64,000 nucleotides of DNA, from positions 66,515 to 130,514 of the forward strand of contig JAUCBJ010007513.1 of the NCBI GenBank assembly GCA_032718475.1, read 5' to 3'. The notes beneath the pieces were generated by a model, which saw only the letters and a list, made by a program, of their open reading frames with translations, ran no database searches and was not told the origin of the DNA. The position numbers and the translations under genes are program-made. Of this stretch, positions 27,198 through 39,324 are shown in pieces. Source of the stretch: Nemertoderma westbladi (Eukaryota > Animalia > Xenacoelomorpha). Each line of letters starts with the position of its first letter. The first letter of the stretch is position 1.

Positions 27198-27849
27198 CTC
27201 CCCCCCATGCTATCTTCCCGGTAAGAAGATAGCATCAACCAAAAAAGTGCGCTACAATCCCGCTGGATCCCGATCTAGTATCGGGTGTGGGGTGGAATTC
27301 TTTTCTCTCGGAGCCGGCTTTCCAGGCCGCTCCCTATGGGTATGATAACGCTACCCTATATGCCTGGCGTCCCGTGTCGGGCCGATCGCGCTCACCTCTC
27401 ACGCGACTTTTGTTTCCCCAACACTTTCGCCCTATCTCTTCTCCACTCTCACCCTAACTCTCGCATACCCTCGGACCTCCTCGTCCCTCACTCAGCCTCT
27501 TATTCCTCCCCCTCCACACTAGAATTGCATCCGCACTCTCTCCGCGCTTCGCACTATCACTCCGTCCCTCAACCCCACTTTTACTATCTCATCCCTTCTG
27601 ACGAATCTCACCCCCCTCCCATGCCGTCGCACTCAAGAAGTGTGAAATCGTCTGGTGTCTCGTCCATAGTGCCATAGTCAGTTTACCCCTCAGTCCCAGT
27701 AGCTAATTGAGAAAGGTTGTATGACTATAGTACTTACTCCGAACGTATATATTTGTAGATTACTGATTGCTACGTACGTACATACAAATTGTACTTATAT
27801 GATTATTCACATTAATTAAATTTGTACATAGTTCGCACGTCTCACGTGG

Positions 27850-28775
27850 CGCCTTCCAGGCGCACTACATCAAATCCTCAGTCCATCCCTCCTTGGCGTC
27901 CGTGGTGTCCCCGAAAGTTGCACTTCGGACATCGGTTCTGCAACCGTGGACACGCTCCCATCATGTGGCTCGTCTCGTGGCAGTAGAGACAGCTGGTCCC
28001 TTTCTGGAACCGGTACAAGCAGCTCCTTTCCTGGTGGGTCTGTCTCCCACAGTAGCCGCAACCGAGTACCAATGTCTCCAATGTACCAATGTCTCCCGCC
28101 CCATGTCGTCTTTCATCCCAAGCGATCTCCGCGGTCTGTGGAGTCGCTGATAGGCGAACTTCTAGACGTTAGCGTCCCTGTCTACGTCGATCTCCTCGCC
28201 CCTCCCGGGCATCGTCTCTCCGAATACTACCCGTGGTGCCGTCCCCGGTTGCTTGCCCAACCTGATAGTGCTCCCCGCGAAATCCATCGCCGGCTCCTCG
28301 TGCACCCAGGCCCGCTTGCCGGGTTTGTCCCAGAAGGCTCTCGCCCCACTGGCCGTCACCACCCTCCCGCCAACCCAGTCCGTGTCCGAGTGGCCTATCC
28401 TCTCGATGGGCGGCATCTCTCCGAACTCGTCGTCGTCCTCGTCCTCCTCTCGCAGTGGTCCCAACCCCGGTATCCCGGTGGACCCACTATGTCCCTTCCC
28501 GCCTTGGCTCTCGCCCGTAGCTCTCCATCCCTCTAGCTCCCTTAACTTCCTTTGCGGTTGTTCGCCCTCGGCGCCCGCTGGTATGGGCATCGCTTGGGTT
28601 TCGGTGATCCCACCGTCCACCCCAGTTCTTTCCCTAGAGACTCCCCCGAACTCCCTGACGAAGCCCAACGAAGTTCGTCTAAGGCTGCTTATTCCTCGAA
28701 GCCTTAGCTCTGCGCCCTAGCTTCCTCCTCCCTCTCCTCTGCTTCTCTCCTCTCTCACAAGTTTGCCTGCCATCT
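27850..28775 (-). pseudogene. Element C accessory ORF downstream of pol (acidic/Gly-rich region plus triple Zn-knuckle), disrupted
   Basis: Removing a 17-bp tandem duplication (~28066-28096) and reading through the TAG at 28162 joins ORF 28162-28668 to CGYCGRQTHQERSC..CLYCHETSHMMGACPRLQNRCPKCNFRGH. A further frameshift is likely near 28715. Confidence 0.7.
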
Positions 28776-29204
28776 CGAACTCTGCCCGATCGCTCACCCG
28801 TAGGTGGTGCCTTGCCAAGGCGCAAACCTGATGAGTGATGGGTTTAGGTGGTTTAAGAGTTCAGTTCGATGGCCTATCTCTTTCTGAATTTCTGAGTTAT
28901 TGCCTATTCTTACTACTGTTACCATAATTTGTTCCCCTTCTTAGCCCTATTCTTATTCTAATTTTTATTTTGATTTAATTTCAATCCTACTACCTTACTG
29001 TTTCCTATTACTTGCTACTGCCTATGGATTATTCTATCTCCTAATCCACATTCTGGCCTACTCTGTGGGCCTGTGCAGTACAGCAGTATATGTCGCGCGG
29101 CCTACACGATCTATCCAACTGTACTCATATGCCCCCCTCTCGCTACTAACTGCTAACTAATATCTATATCTTATATACCCCTTTTACCTCTTACTCTCTC
29201 TCTT

Positions 29205-29700
29205 CTAACTAACGGTACTACGTACCCTCTAACTCTCCTCTAACTAACGGTACTACGTACCCTCTAACTCTCCTCTAACTAACAGTACTACGTACCCTCT
29301 AACTCTCTAACTAACTAGCGGTACTATGTACCCTCTAACTAACTCTCTAACTGACTAGCGGTACTACGTACCCTCTAACTAACTCTCTAACTGACTAGCG
29401 GTACTACGTACCCTCTAACTAACTCTCTAACTAACGGTACTACGTACCCTCTAACTTTCTAACTAACGGTACTACGTACCCTCTAACTCTCTAACTAACG
29501 GTACTACGTACCCTCTAACTAACTCTCTAACTGACTAGCGGTACTACGTACCTTCTAACTCTCTAACTAACTATCGGTACTACGTACCTTTTAACTCTCT
29601 AACTAACTATCGGTACTACGTACCTCCTAACTAATTAACTAACTAGGTACTACGTACCTCTTAACTAACTTCTGCCTACTAACTGCGTACCTACTATGTA
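29205..29700. repeat. Minisatellite of about 13 units (~32-40 bp) between pol and the accessory ORF of element C
   Basis: Unit like CTAACTAAC-GGTACTACGTACC-CTCTAACTCT. The core GGTAC-TAC-GTACC is an inverted repeat. Confidence 0.93.
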
Positions 29701-29815
29701 CTTATTATTTTGTTTTCTATTTTTTTTATATTTTTATGTGTGGGAAGGGCGTCTCGCCCTCAATCCCACCCCCCTCAGTCCAAATCTTGGACGACTAAAC
29801 TCTTCCCTAACTCCA

Positions 29816-32800
29816 CTAAGGTGCTCCTTCTAGCAGACAGCATTTCCCTACAGCTCTCCTGTAGGTTTTTCTGTCCTTCGCACCTATCTTACCACCTATC
29901 CGCACTTCTACCGATCGGACTCTTCCGTCCTCGTCGGAATAAGTGCCTACAACTCTTGCCAACCGCCACTGGTTGTTGATGATAGTATCATCCGTAACGA
30001 TTACGAGATCTCCTTCTCTTAACTCCCTATTTGGCTTCCTCCACTTACTCCTTTTATGGAGTGTGGGTAGGTATTCCACGACCCACCTCCTCCAATACTC
30101 TGCGCTTATTGCTTTAGCGACTTTCCAACTCTGGCGGGAGTGTATGTCATCTGGGTCTACACCCCGCATATCGATGGTCGCTGGCCTTTCCATCAGGAAA
30201 TGGCTAGGCGTCAGCACGTCTAATGACTCAGGGTCATCATTCTCCGGGTATAGCGGTCTGCTATTAATGATCCCCTCGCACTTCGCAAGTACTGTCCGTA
30301 AGACGTCTTCAGTGACCATGTGGGTGTTCATCAGCTTCGTCATTAGATGCTTTGAACTGCCCACCAGTCTCTCGACGCATCCTAGTGTATGAGGTGCATA
30401 CGGCGTCCTTCTCTCCCACTTTACTTGTCGTCGTCTCATGGCCGCCCTGACTTCTTCTCCCTCCAAGATGTCCAAGGCCTCTGCCATCTCACTCTCTGCG
30501 CCCACAAAGTTGGTGCCGTTGTCGCTGTATATCACCGCGATCGTCCCACCTTTGCGGTCTCTAAACCTTTCTAAGGCATTAATGAATGCTGATGCGGTTG
30601 CATCTTGGGCGAGTTCTATCCCCACCGCCCGTGTGTTGTTGCATACGAAGATAATGCCGTAGCGTTTCTCCGTGTGTCGCATCACTTTGATCTTTATCGG
30701 CCCGAACATGTCCACACCGCAATGCGTAAATGGCGGGTCGTGCTGTCTTACCCTACTCGCCGGTAGTGGCGCCATCTCCTGTACGGCTCGCTCCTTCTTC
30801 GCTCGTCGGCAGGTCTGGCACTGCCCCACTACCGCTTTTACCTTCTTCCTCAATTGTTTGACCCAATAGGTCCTCCTTATCTCTGTGAGGGTTCGGTTGG
30901 TGCCCCCATGCAATATCGACTTGTGGGAGTCCCAGATAATCTGGTGGACTATTGGCGATCCTGTGGGAATGATGATGGGTTTCGGTGGTACGACTATGCT
31001 GTTGTTGTATCCCACCCTAGAATTCATTACTAGAATCCCGTCGTCATTGAGTTGTGGCGACAGCGTAATCAGCTCGCTGTCCCGTCGGAGGTGCTGTTGG
31101 TTACCGACACGTTCCACCTCGTCGCCATAGTTCTTCCGTTGTTCATAGCGGATGATTGCCTTAGCCGCTCCTTCCAGATCTATGTATGTCTTGATCTTCT
31201 TGTCCTTGCCAACTCCCGCGAGGAAATTCCCGAAGGCTCTCCAGTACGCCACTAGTTTCTTGGTCTTATACCAACTAGAACTGTAGCTGAGGAGTTTATC
31301 CGTCGGGTTATCGCACAGTTCTCGTCTTGGTTGCACGTCCCTAATCTCCCTCACCATCTGGGAGTATATCTCTTCTCCCTCTGAATCTCCCTCTTCTCCC
31401 TGTGATACCACTTCTGAGCCCGGATCCACCTTTCTCATCGGCGGCCAGGCCTCCTTATCGCTCAGAAATCGTGGCCCATGCTGCCACAATACTTCCTTCT
31501 TCAAGAAAGTGTGGCGTTCCACGCCCCTCGACAGCAAGTCCGCTGGGTTCTCGTCTGTTGGGCAGTAGTGCCACCTTCCCAGTTCTGTGGTCGCCCTTAT
31601 TTCGTCCACTCTATTTGCGACGAATATCGGGTATCTCGTCCTTTCGTTATGTAGCCAACCAAGCACTACCATGGAGTCCGTCCAATAGTGTGTCTCCACT
31701 ATGTTGGGAATAGTATCCACTAGGTAGGCTGTGGCTCTAACTCCTAGTCTCGCAGCTGTCAATTCTAACTTGGGAACTGATGCTGAATCTGGCGGCGTCG
31801 ACTTTGCTTTGCTAAAGGCTAGTCTGGGCTTTTGAGCCCCCTCTCGTTGTACTAAATAAAGTGCCGCTCCGTACGCCTCCAACGACGCATCGGAGAACAT
31901 GTGTAGGTCCAGATTCGTCATGTTCCCATCCGGGAAATACACTCGTGGCATGTTGTATGTTCCCATCTTCTCCAAGTCTCCTGTCCACTTACTCCACTGT
32001 TTCTTGATTTCCTCTGGTACCTCTACGTCCCACTCATCTTTCAATTTGTATACTCTCTTGAGTATCTGTTTTCCCGTGACTAATAATGGGGATGCTAGGC
32101 CTAGGGGATCGTATATCCTTGCTATATACGATACATAGCCCCTCTTCGTGTGGATGTCTGCGCCCTCTTGGCTCAGCTGATACTTCAGTTCGTCTGTCTC
32201 TCTATCCCACACGATTCCCAATGCCTTCTGTTGAGATTCTGTTCTCTTAATCGCCATGTCCTGCCCTTTGGCTGTTGTGGGATTATCCATGGTCGATTCT
32301 GGCCTCTTGTCCTCTATCGCCTTGATAAATTCTTCCGAACTGGATTGGAATTTGGTCAGGTTAAAGCCGGATCCTTTTAGGATGTCGCGAACCTCGCGCC
32401 CCGTGTCCAGTATCTCCTTAACCGTATTTCCAGACTCCATTCCGTCGTCTACGTAGAAGCCGCGTCGAATCATATCGACGGCCCTAGTGCTGTATCTATC
32501 TTCCTTCCCCTTCACTGTGTCTCTCACTGCCATAGTCGTCGTAAATGAAGACGACTTGGCCCCCATGTTTTGTACTACCATCTTATATGCTGGTATTATC
32601 GGCGGTTCTTCCTCGCCGTTATACCATAAGAAGCGCTGACTGTCGCTATCTTCTTCCGTTACACGGACTTGGTTGAACATGCCTTCTATGTCACACGTGA
32701 AGGCGTGTTTCCCATTCCTAAATCTAAGTAGGACCTCTATGCCCGAGTTGTATATGTTTGGGCCTTCTAACAGGTAGTCGTTTAAGCATTTTCCGTCGGT

Positions 32801-35800
32801 CTTTGCCGATGCGTCGACTACCATCCGTAGTTTACCTTTCTTTGGATCTAAAGCCACGTGTAGTGGCAGGTAATATGTCCTGTCCGTGTTCGGTTCGTCG
32901 ACCGGTAACTCCACGGCCCATCCTTTCTCGACGTACTTCTTAATCGTTCTGTGGATGTACTCATTCTTCTCGGGGCTCCGTTTTAGTGTTTGTTTCAGCT
33001 TGCGGAGTCTCGTGAGTACCATCCCTCTATTATCGGGCAGCGGTATCTTCGGTAGTTTCCATACCATTCCTATAGTATACCGCCCCTCATCGCATGTCAT
33101 CGATTCCTCCACGCTTTGTAAAGCCTGCTTGTCTTCTACCGAGGTCCCGACCCCGGTTTCTTTCAGTCCCTCGAAATCCTGTCTGAGCAGTCTTTTAAGC
33201 TGCTCTTCTGCTCCCTCGTCACCCATTTCCTGCATTGTTCCCGCAAACATGCATCCTGATGTCTCCGACATCCTAAATGGTATCTTGCTCTTGATTGGAC
33301 CACTCAGCGTCCACCCGAATGGTGTTAATATGGCCACCGGGTCACTCTGCTTGTCTTCGCCGAAGACCGTTTGCATTCTTTCATGGGCCGTTGGGCAGTC
33401 CATACCTACTATGATGGACACCTTCCTAACGTCCACGTCTGGGATTGAGAAGTCAATGTCGTCCAGGAATTTATACTGCTCGACCTCGATGTTGGTTGGC
33501 CGCCTGGCATTGATATTAATTGACTCTATCACTTGGATGGGGTCGATGGTTGCCCCGTAGTCGCATCCCGGTGCCACTGCTGCAATTGCGCACCGTCCTG
33601 TTCTCATCTCCAGGATCTCATCTTTGCTAGAGATGGTTGTTACCGCCATTCTGCTTGGCCTCGTTCTCAATCCTATCTCTTCGGCCACCCATTCCTCGAC
33701 TAATGTGAAGGCAGCTCCACTGTCAACCAGCATTAGTGTTGTTACTGATCGATTGCCTTCCCCAATCACTCGTACGGGTACTACTCCAAGTAACACCGTT
33801 CCTCTCTTCTTCGCCCCTACTGTGCTCGTTGCCATCGTTTGGCCTCTCCTCTGACCGAACTTTACCGGCTTCTCTTTGCATTCCCTAGCTCTATGTCCAC
33901 TCATCACACACCGTGAGCAGATTTTATTGCTCAACGCGTAATCTATCTGATCTTGCCTAGGTAGCGCCTGCCAGTACCTGCAGTTCATGGTTTGATGAAG
34001 CGCATTTGCGTGTAGCTGGCATTTGCTCTTTGGGTCGTAGCCCTCCTTATACAGCGCATTGCGTATCGCAGTTGCGTTTGTACCAAAGTCCCTACTATTC
34101 TTATTGTTTGGATTCGGCCTACTGGACGTACTGGGGTTATATTTATTTGTGTTGTTATTGTTCCCCTGTCCGTTCCATGGTGTGATCTCATCTTCGGCTA
34201 GCTGTGGACTTGCAGTCCCCTGCGTCGCTGCGTATGGCAATGATTGCCTGAGCCTCGGTAATGCGTTTGATGTATTGTGCTCTGGCTTCGGTCTATGGTA
34301 ATCCGTCTTCGGTCCCTTTCCCAGGCTATCTTCGCTATAGACTGGGTCAGTTATTAGTTCAGCCTCGTAGTTTAAGAAGCTTGACATTTCTTCTAAACCC
34401 GGTTCCGCACCCTTCCTATCTCGAGTGGAGAAAGCGATTTTCCTCCACTTGTTGCGCAGCCAGTTCGGTAGTGCCTGCGCTATCGTTGTGATGTTGTTGG
34501 ACGCGTTGAGCTCGTATGGCGCGTCTAGCGTCTTCAGCACGATTAGCGCCTTTTCAACTTTGTTAGCAAATGTCTTAATGCTAACGGGATTATCCTGTAG
34601 GCCACCCGATGTTATGCCCCTCAGTGTCTGTCTGATGATCTTGGCCGGGTGCCCGTATTCCCTGTCCAGTGCCCGCCATGCTGTCGTGAAGCCGCCCTCT
34701 ATTCCTTGATATTGCCTCACGATATCGTATGCTGGGCCTCCCGTGTATACTTGCAGATACTTTAGGCACTCCGCCTGCGTCAAGTTCTTTGTTAGTATTT
34801 CGTTACTATACATGCGCCGAAACTGTAAATATTCTTCCGGCCTACTCCCATCGAATTTGAATGGTTCCACGGGTGGTAACTCGATCCTCGTTTTCAACGC
34901 ATCGATCAACGTGGCCATCCCCATCGCCTGCGCTTCCAATGGATTCGATGGGTGCTGCATAGTTTCTCCTGTCTGGTGCGGTTCGTCCGTCCTATTTCTT
35001 GACTTTCTTTGACTTGGGTATGTCATCGGGGGTAGCGGCCCCCTCCATATTTCTGTGTCACACGACCTATTCTCATCCAAGGGTCTCGTTGTTCTTGCTC
35101 CTATCGGGGTATATTGTTGATATTGTGATGGGGGAATGTCACCCTGTCCCCCCCCCCCCCCCACCGGTATGTTTGGTACTGGGGTTGATGTTAATATATT
35201 GGGGCCCATACACCTATCCGCAATAATTCCCCCCTCCCCTGGGTATATGTTATGTCCCTGCATGCTGTAGTCATACTGCTGTACTGGTACCGGTATAGGC
35301 CTATCAGCTTCTGGCCTACTCGCCGGTATGTATTCCGCGACTTCCGGGTTTAATCCCGTTGTCCACGCTATCCTATCGCCTACATTGCCTCTCTCAGTAT
35401 GGCCTATGGTATGTGCAGTAAGGCCTACAGTATGTCCTACAGTCTGCATGTGTCGCTCGGGATCGAAGTTTATTCTTCTCGAATAGTCCTCCCCGCGGCT
35501 ACCGTATTCTCGATCGGTAGGTATATTCCGTCGGAAAGTTTCTCTTCGACCCCCCTCTCTACTGTTCTCATCTTCGTACCGGTACATCGCGTACCCCTCT
35601 CTCGGCGCGTAGTGCGCCTCGCCGGGTCGCATCTCTCCGGGGCGACGGCAATCTCCCGGAGTCCGACCCCACTGACTCTCTGTTCTCATCTCGACTACCG
35701 ACGGCTCGCTATCCGTCCTCGCTCTTCTATCGTTCGCGGCGATACTTCTACTACTGTCTTCTCTTCTTCTCCTTTCAGTGGAGTATTCCCGCTCGTGAGA

Positions 35801-38520
35801 TCTCTCGTCGACCTCCCGGTTAAATCCCACTGTTCTTCTTCCCTCTTCTGATCGGGCTCGACGCTTCGTCCGCCCTCTCACGACGTCAACCTCTCTCTCT
35901 CTGCTCGGTCGCACGCCGCTGGGGATACTCGCAATCCCCCTATTACTCTCCGTCGCCGGGTGTTGCGGTTTACCTATTTCGGCCCGCGCATTATCCGCTG
36001 ACGGCTGTGGGACACTCTCTGCCCCCCCCCCCCTTTCGCCGCTAACTCGCTGTTGTGGGGCCCCTGTAGCCCCCCCCCACTCGCCACATCTAACTTCGCT
36101 ATCCCTCACCCCGCTACTATATCCCTCTCTAGTCGACACATCAACCCTACCGCGGTCGGGTCTATTCACCCCCGCCTCTCCCTCTGCTATTGCGTGGCCT
36201 ACCAGGCCCTCTGCTCCCTGCCTACCAGTTATGTGGCCTACCAGGCCCTCGCTGGGTCTATCCAACCCAGCCACTCCCTGCCTACCAACTACGTGGCCTA
36301 CCAGGCCCTCGCCGGGTCTACCTAACCCAGCTACTCCCTGCCTACCAACTATGTGGCCTACCAGGCCCTCGCTGGGTCTATTCAACCCAGCCACTCCCTG
36401 CCTACCAACTACGTGGCCTACCAGGCCCTCGCTGGGTCTATCCAACCCAGCCACTCCCTGCCTACCAACTACGTGGCCTACCAGGCCCTCGCCGGGTCTA
36501 CCTAACCCAGCTACTCCCTGCCTACCAACTACATGGCCTACCAGGCCCTCGTCGGGTCTACCTAACCCAGCCACTTCCGGCCTACTAACTCTACGACCTA
36601 CCAGGCCCTCGTCTGTCTGGCCATACACGCCCGACGTGTTTACGTTAATAGCACCCATATCGGAAACGGAATCAATTTGTTCGTTCGAAACAAAATCATT
36701 TGAATTACTTTGCGCGACTACACTATTTGAATTATTTTGTAAATTCGGGCTCGGATCATTATTTAAATTATTTGGATTATTTTGTGTAATTGCGTTACTT
36801 AAATTATTTTGTAGGTTCGAATTTGGGTTATTATTTTGATTATTTGGATTATTTTGTGTAGCTACATTAATATTAGAATTATTTTCTACATTAATATTAG
36901 GATTGTTCTGATTTAAATTTAAATTACTATCACTAGGCAAAGTATTTCCTGCAATAAAGGTTTGATTAGAATTATCCCATACGGTACTATTAATATTAAC
37001 CACGTCTACTGTACCATTATCATTATTACCCCCCCCCCCCCGCCCGTACGGTCACACCAGTTTTGGGTCTGTCGTGCGGTCCCTGTAAGTGGGGTATTAA
37101 TAAATGTATCCACGGCCCCTGGCTCCCCTAAAATACTCGAGCCAGTCTCGCTCTCAGACGCCCCCGCCCGCACCAGTTGCAGCTCGTGCGTGCGTCTAAT
37201 CCTATGTTCCGCTAGCTCACTTTGGCGTCTCTTTAATTCCTTATGTTCTCGCTCAGCTTCTACCATTCTCCTCTCACACTCCCGCGCGTCCCGCTCAGCC
37301 AACTCTGCTACTCTCCTAGCGCTCTCCCTTCGCCTCGCTTCACGCTCCTTGCGTTCACTTTCCCGTCTCGCCTCACGCTCCTTGCGTTCCTTTTCCTCTC
37401 TCGCCTCACGCTCCCTACACTCCCTTTCCTCTATTTCATCACACTCCCTAAGGCCTCTCAAAGCCCTTTCAGCCCTCTCTCCGGTTTCTCTAATCAATGT
37501 CGCTTCCCTCTCTAGCCGCATTCTCCCCTCCTCTAGCTGTTTATCCATTTCCCTCTGGCCTTGCTTTATCAGGTCGAGACGGCACGCGGCACCTATCTCT
37601 CTCACCAGTCTTTCTTTTACGGAGGATGTAGCAGACTTATCGGTTGTGACGGATTCCCTCCGCCTTCCCGTCCTACTAACTTTCCCCCGCCTCCCGGAAC
37701 TTCCTCCGACCGACGAGGCCGAATCCTCGGGGTTAACCTCGGATTCGCCCCCTTCAGGTCCCCTCCAACCCACTAATTTTACTCCCCGGGCATCGACCAA
37801 GTATGGCCCTATGTACACTGACGCTACGCTAGGTTCCATACTCCCACATTCCCATAGTTCAAACAGTTCGCTGGCAACCCCTTTTGCTCTCTCCTCGGCT
37901 AGTTCTCTCTGCCCGAAGCGCATTAGATAATATAAATGTCTGTCCGACTTACCTAGTCCTGACTTTAGTTTTACCTCGTCTATCGTTTTCCCCTTCCTGG
38001 CCTCCTCTAGTAGTCTCCGGGTCGCGTTGTAGGCCCGTCGAAGTCGATCGGAGACCCCGACGTCCTCGTCGCCGACCTCTCCTCCGTCTCTCCGGGTTCG
38101 ACGTCGTACCGTCGGCCCCACCGTCGCCGTTCCGGTGGGCCGTCCGTCGCCCTCGGCCTGTGCCTGGCCGGCGACATCGGTATCGACATCTCCGTCGTCT
38201 CTCCGGGTCCGGCGTCGTACCGTCGGCCCCACCGTCGCCGTCTCGGTGGGCCGTCCGTCGCCCTCGGCCTGTGGCTGGCCCGCGACATCGGTACCGACGT
38301 CCGTGTCTCGTGTCGACTCGTCTCCGTCTCCCTCCGTCTCGCTCTCTCCTCCTCTCGGCTCGACCTCAGGTTCCAGGCGGCCCCCCTCATCCTCAGCTGC
38401 CGGATGACCCGTTACCGATGGGTCCGGCGTTGTGGGCCTGTACCGCCTGGTTGCGGCCTCGCGGATCGTTAGTTCTTCGTCCGGGGTCCGCGTCGGTGTC
38501 GTCTCACCTGACCGACTCAT
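29816..38520 (-). CDS. Element C gag-pol polyprotein (~2900 aa when joined across a frameshift at the G13 run ~37029-37041)
   Basis: FKFDGSRPEEY Gag, CQLH..C and CSRC..H..C knuckles, LVDSGA protease, YVDD RT, FSDAS RNase H, H..H..CQTC and VDMFGP/SDNGTNF/VERLV integrase, ending CLLE. The 504-aa and 2395-aa ORFs join by a -1 shift. Confidence 0.9.
36190..36612 (-). repeat. Coding tandem repeat, 60 bp (20 aa) x ~7, in the N-terminal Gag region of C
   Basis: EGLVGHVVGRQGVAGL(G/D/N)RP(G/S) repeated in the protein, with near-identical 60-bp DNA units. Confidence 0.95.
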
Positions 38521-38626
38521 CTTCTTTACCTCTAGATTGGTGGCTGGTAGTCGCTGTTTATCTAGGGCGGCAGCTGGTTTTAGTTACTGTTACAGTTTAA
38601 CTAGGGCGGCAGCTCGATTTAGTTAC

Positions 38627-39167
38627 TGTGACGGGATCCAGGAGGGATCCCGGTTTATCCGGTGTTAGTTCACGCGTCCCCGCCGTGTGTGAAGAGTAAA
38701 TGAAAATGAGTAAATGAGTTCGCTGTCCTTCGTTGTATATAATGATCGGTATAAAGATATAGATATAGGTTGTTGTACACGGAAGGCGGGATACGGTAAC
38801 TAAAGTCCCGGTCCTTCCCTAGCTAAACTATCTAACCTAAACTGGCACTAATATTGCACTGAGATAACTGAACTGATATGATTACTGCCAAGTGGCTATA
38901 TTGCACGGTTGGCCTTGTTACTCTACCTAATCGATGCCTTTCCCCCCTCTGATTGGTTGATACCCTTGTTGGCGCCCTTTGGAGTGTTCCCGTTCACTCC
39001 ACCTGTTCTCTCTGGGTTAGGGGTTTGGCCCCTGACCCTCATTGTGTGCTTCTCCTTCCCATTCTTATTGGGGTGGCACGAGTTGGTTGATTACCCAATC
39101 TCGTGGCCCCCAATATTGCTTATCGGCTTAACTTTATGGGGTGTTAGCGGGATTGAATAAGCTAACA
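38627..39167 (-). repeat. 5' LTR of element C
   Basis: Minus strand TGTTAGC...CCCGTCACA. Contains CCAAT (~38951), a TATA-like AATATA (~38897) and TCAGT initiator-like motifs (~38858-38877). Confidence 0.95.
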
Positions 39168-39324
39168 GGGGGTCCTAGTTACAGGTCCAGATTTGCCCTA
39201 GTAAGAGGGTCTATGCAGCTACAGGTGGCACCTCCTTTATGCTGCATGGAGGTGGCAAGTTTTCTTGATCAATGACCTAGAATACCTGACCTGACCATAA
39301 AAATAAGTCATAATCATTAAGTCA

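Larger units (their letters stand above)
26656..39167 (-). mobile_element. Bel/Pao LTR retrotransposon C (~12.5 kb), a different family from A/B, near-intact
   Basis: ~542-bp TG..CA LTRs, PPT GGGGGGGAG, and a gag-PR-RT-RH-IN polyprotein. No TSD found. Confidence 0.95.
20848..39290 (-). mobile_element. APE-type non-LTR retrotransposon (LINE, RTEX-like by motif impression), degraded and split by Bel/Pao C. The 5' boundary is approximate.
   Basis: (TGAAA)n-like 3' tail at ~20848-20864, ORF2 APE+RT, and an upstream ORF1 region. The DPxT-repeat coding sequence continues beyond element C (39168-~39240). Confidence 0.85.

Noticed and set aside
29205-29700. CRISPR-like appearance of the palindromic repeat array
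   Set aside because: The linkers are near-identical low-complexity sequence rather than unique spacers, the context is a eukaryotic LTR element, and there are no cas genes.
39280-39300. ACCTGACCTGACCAT as the TSD partner of ACCTACCTACCAT at ~20838
   Set aside because: Low-complexity and needs two gaps, so the LINE 5' end cannot be fixed on this basis.
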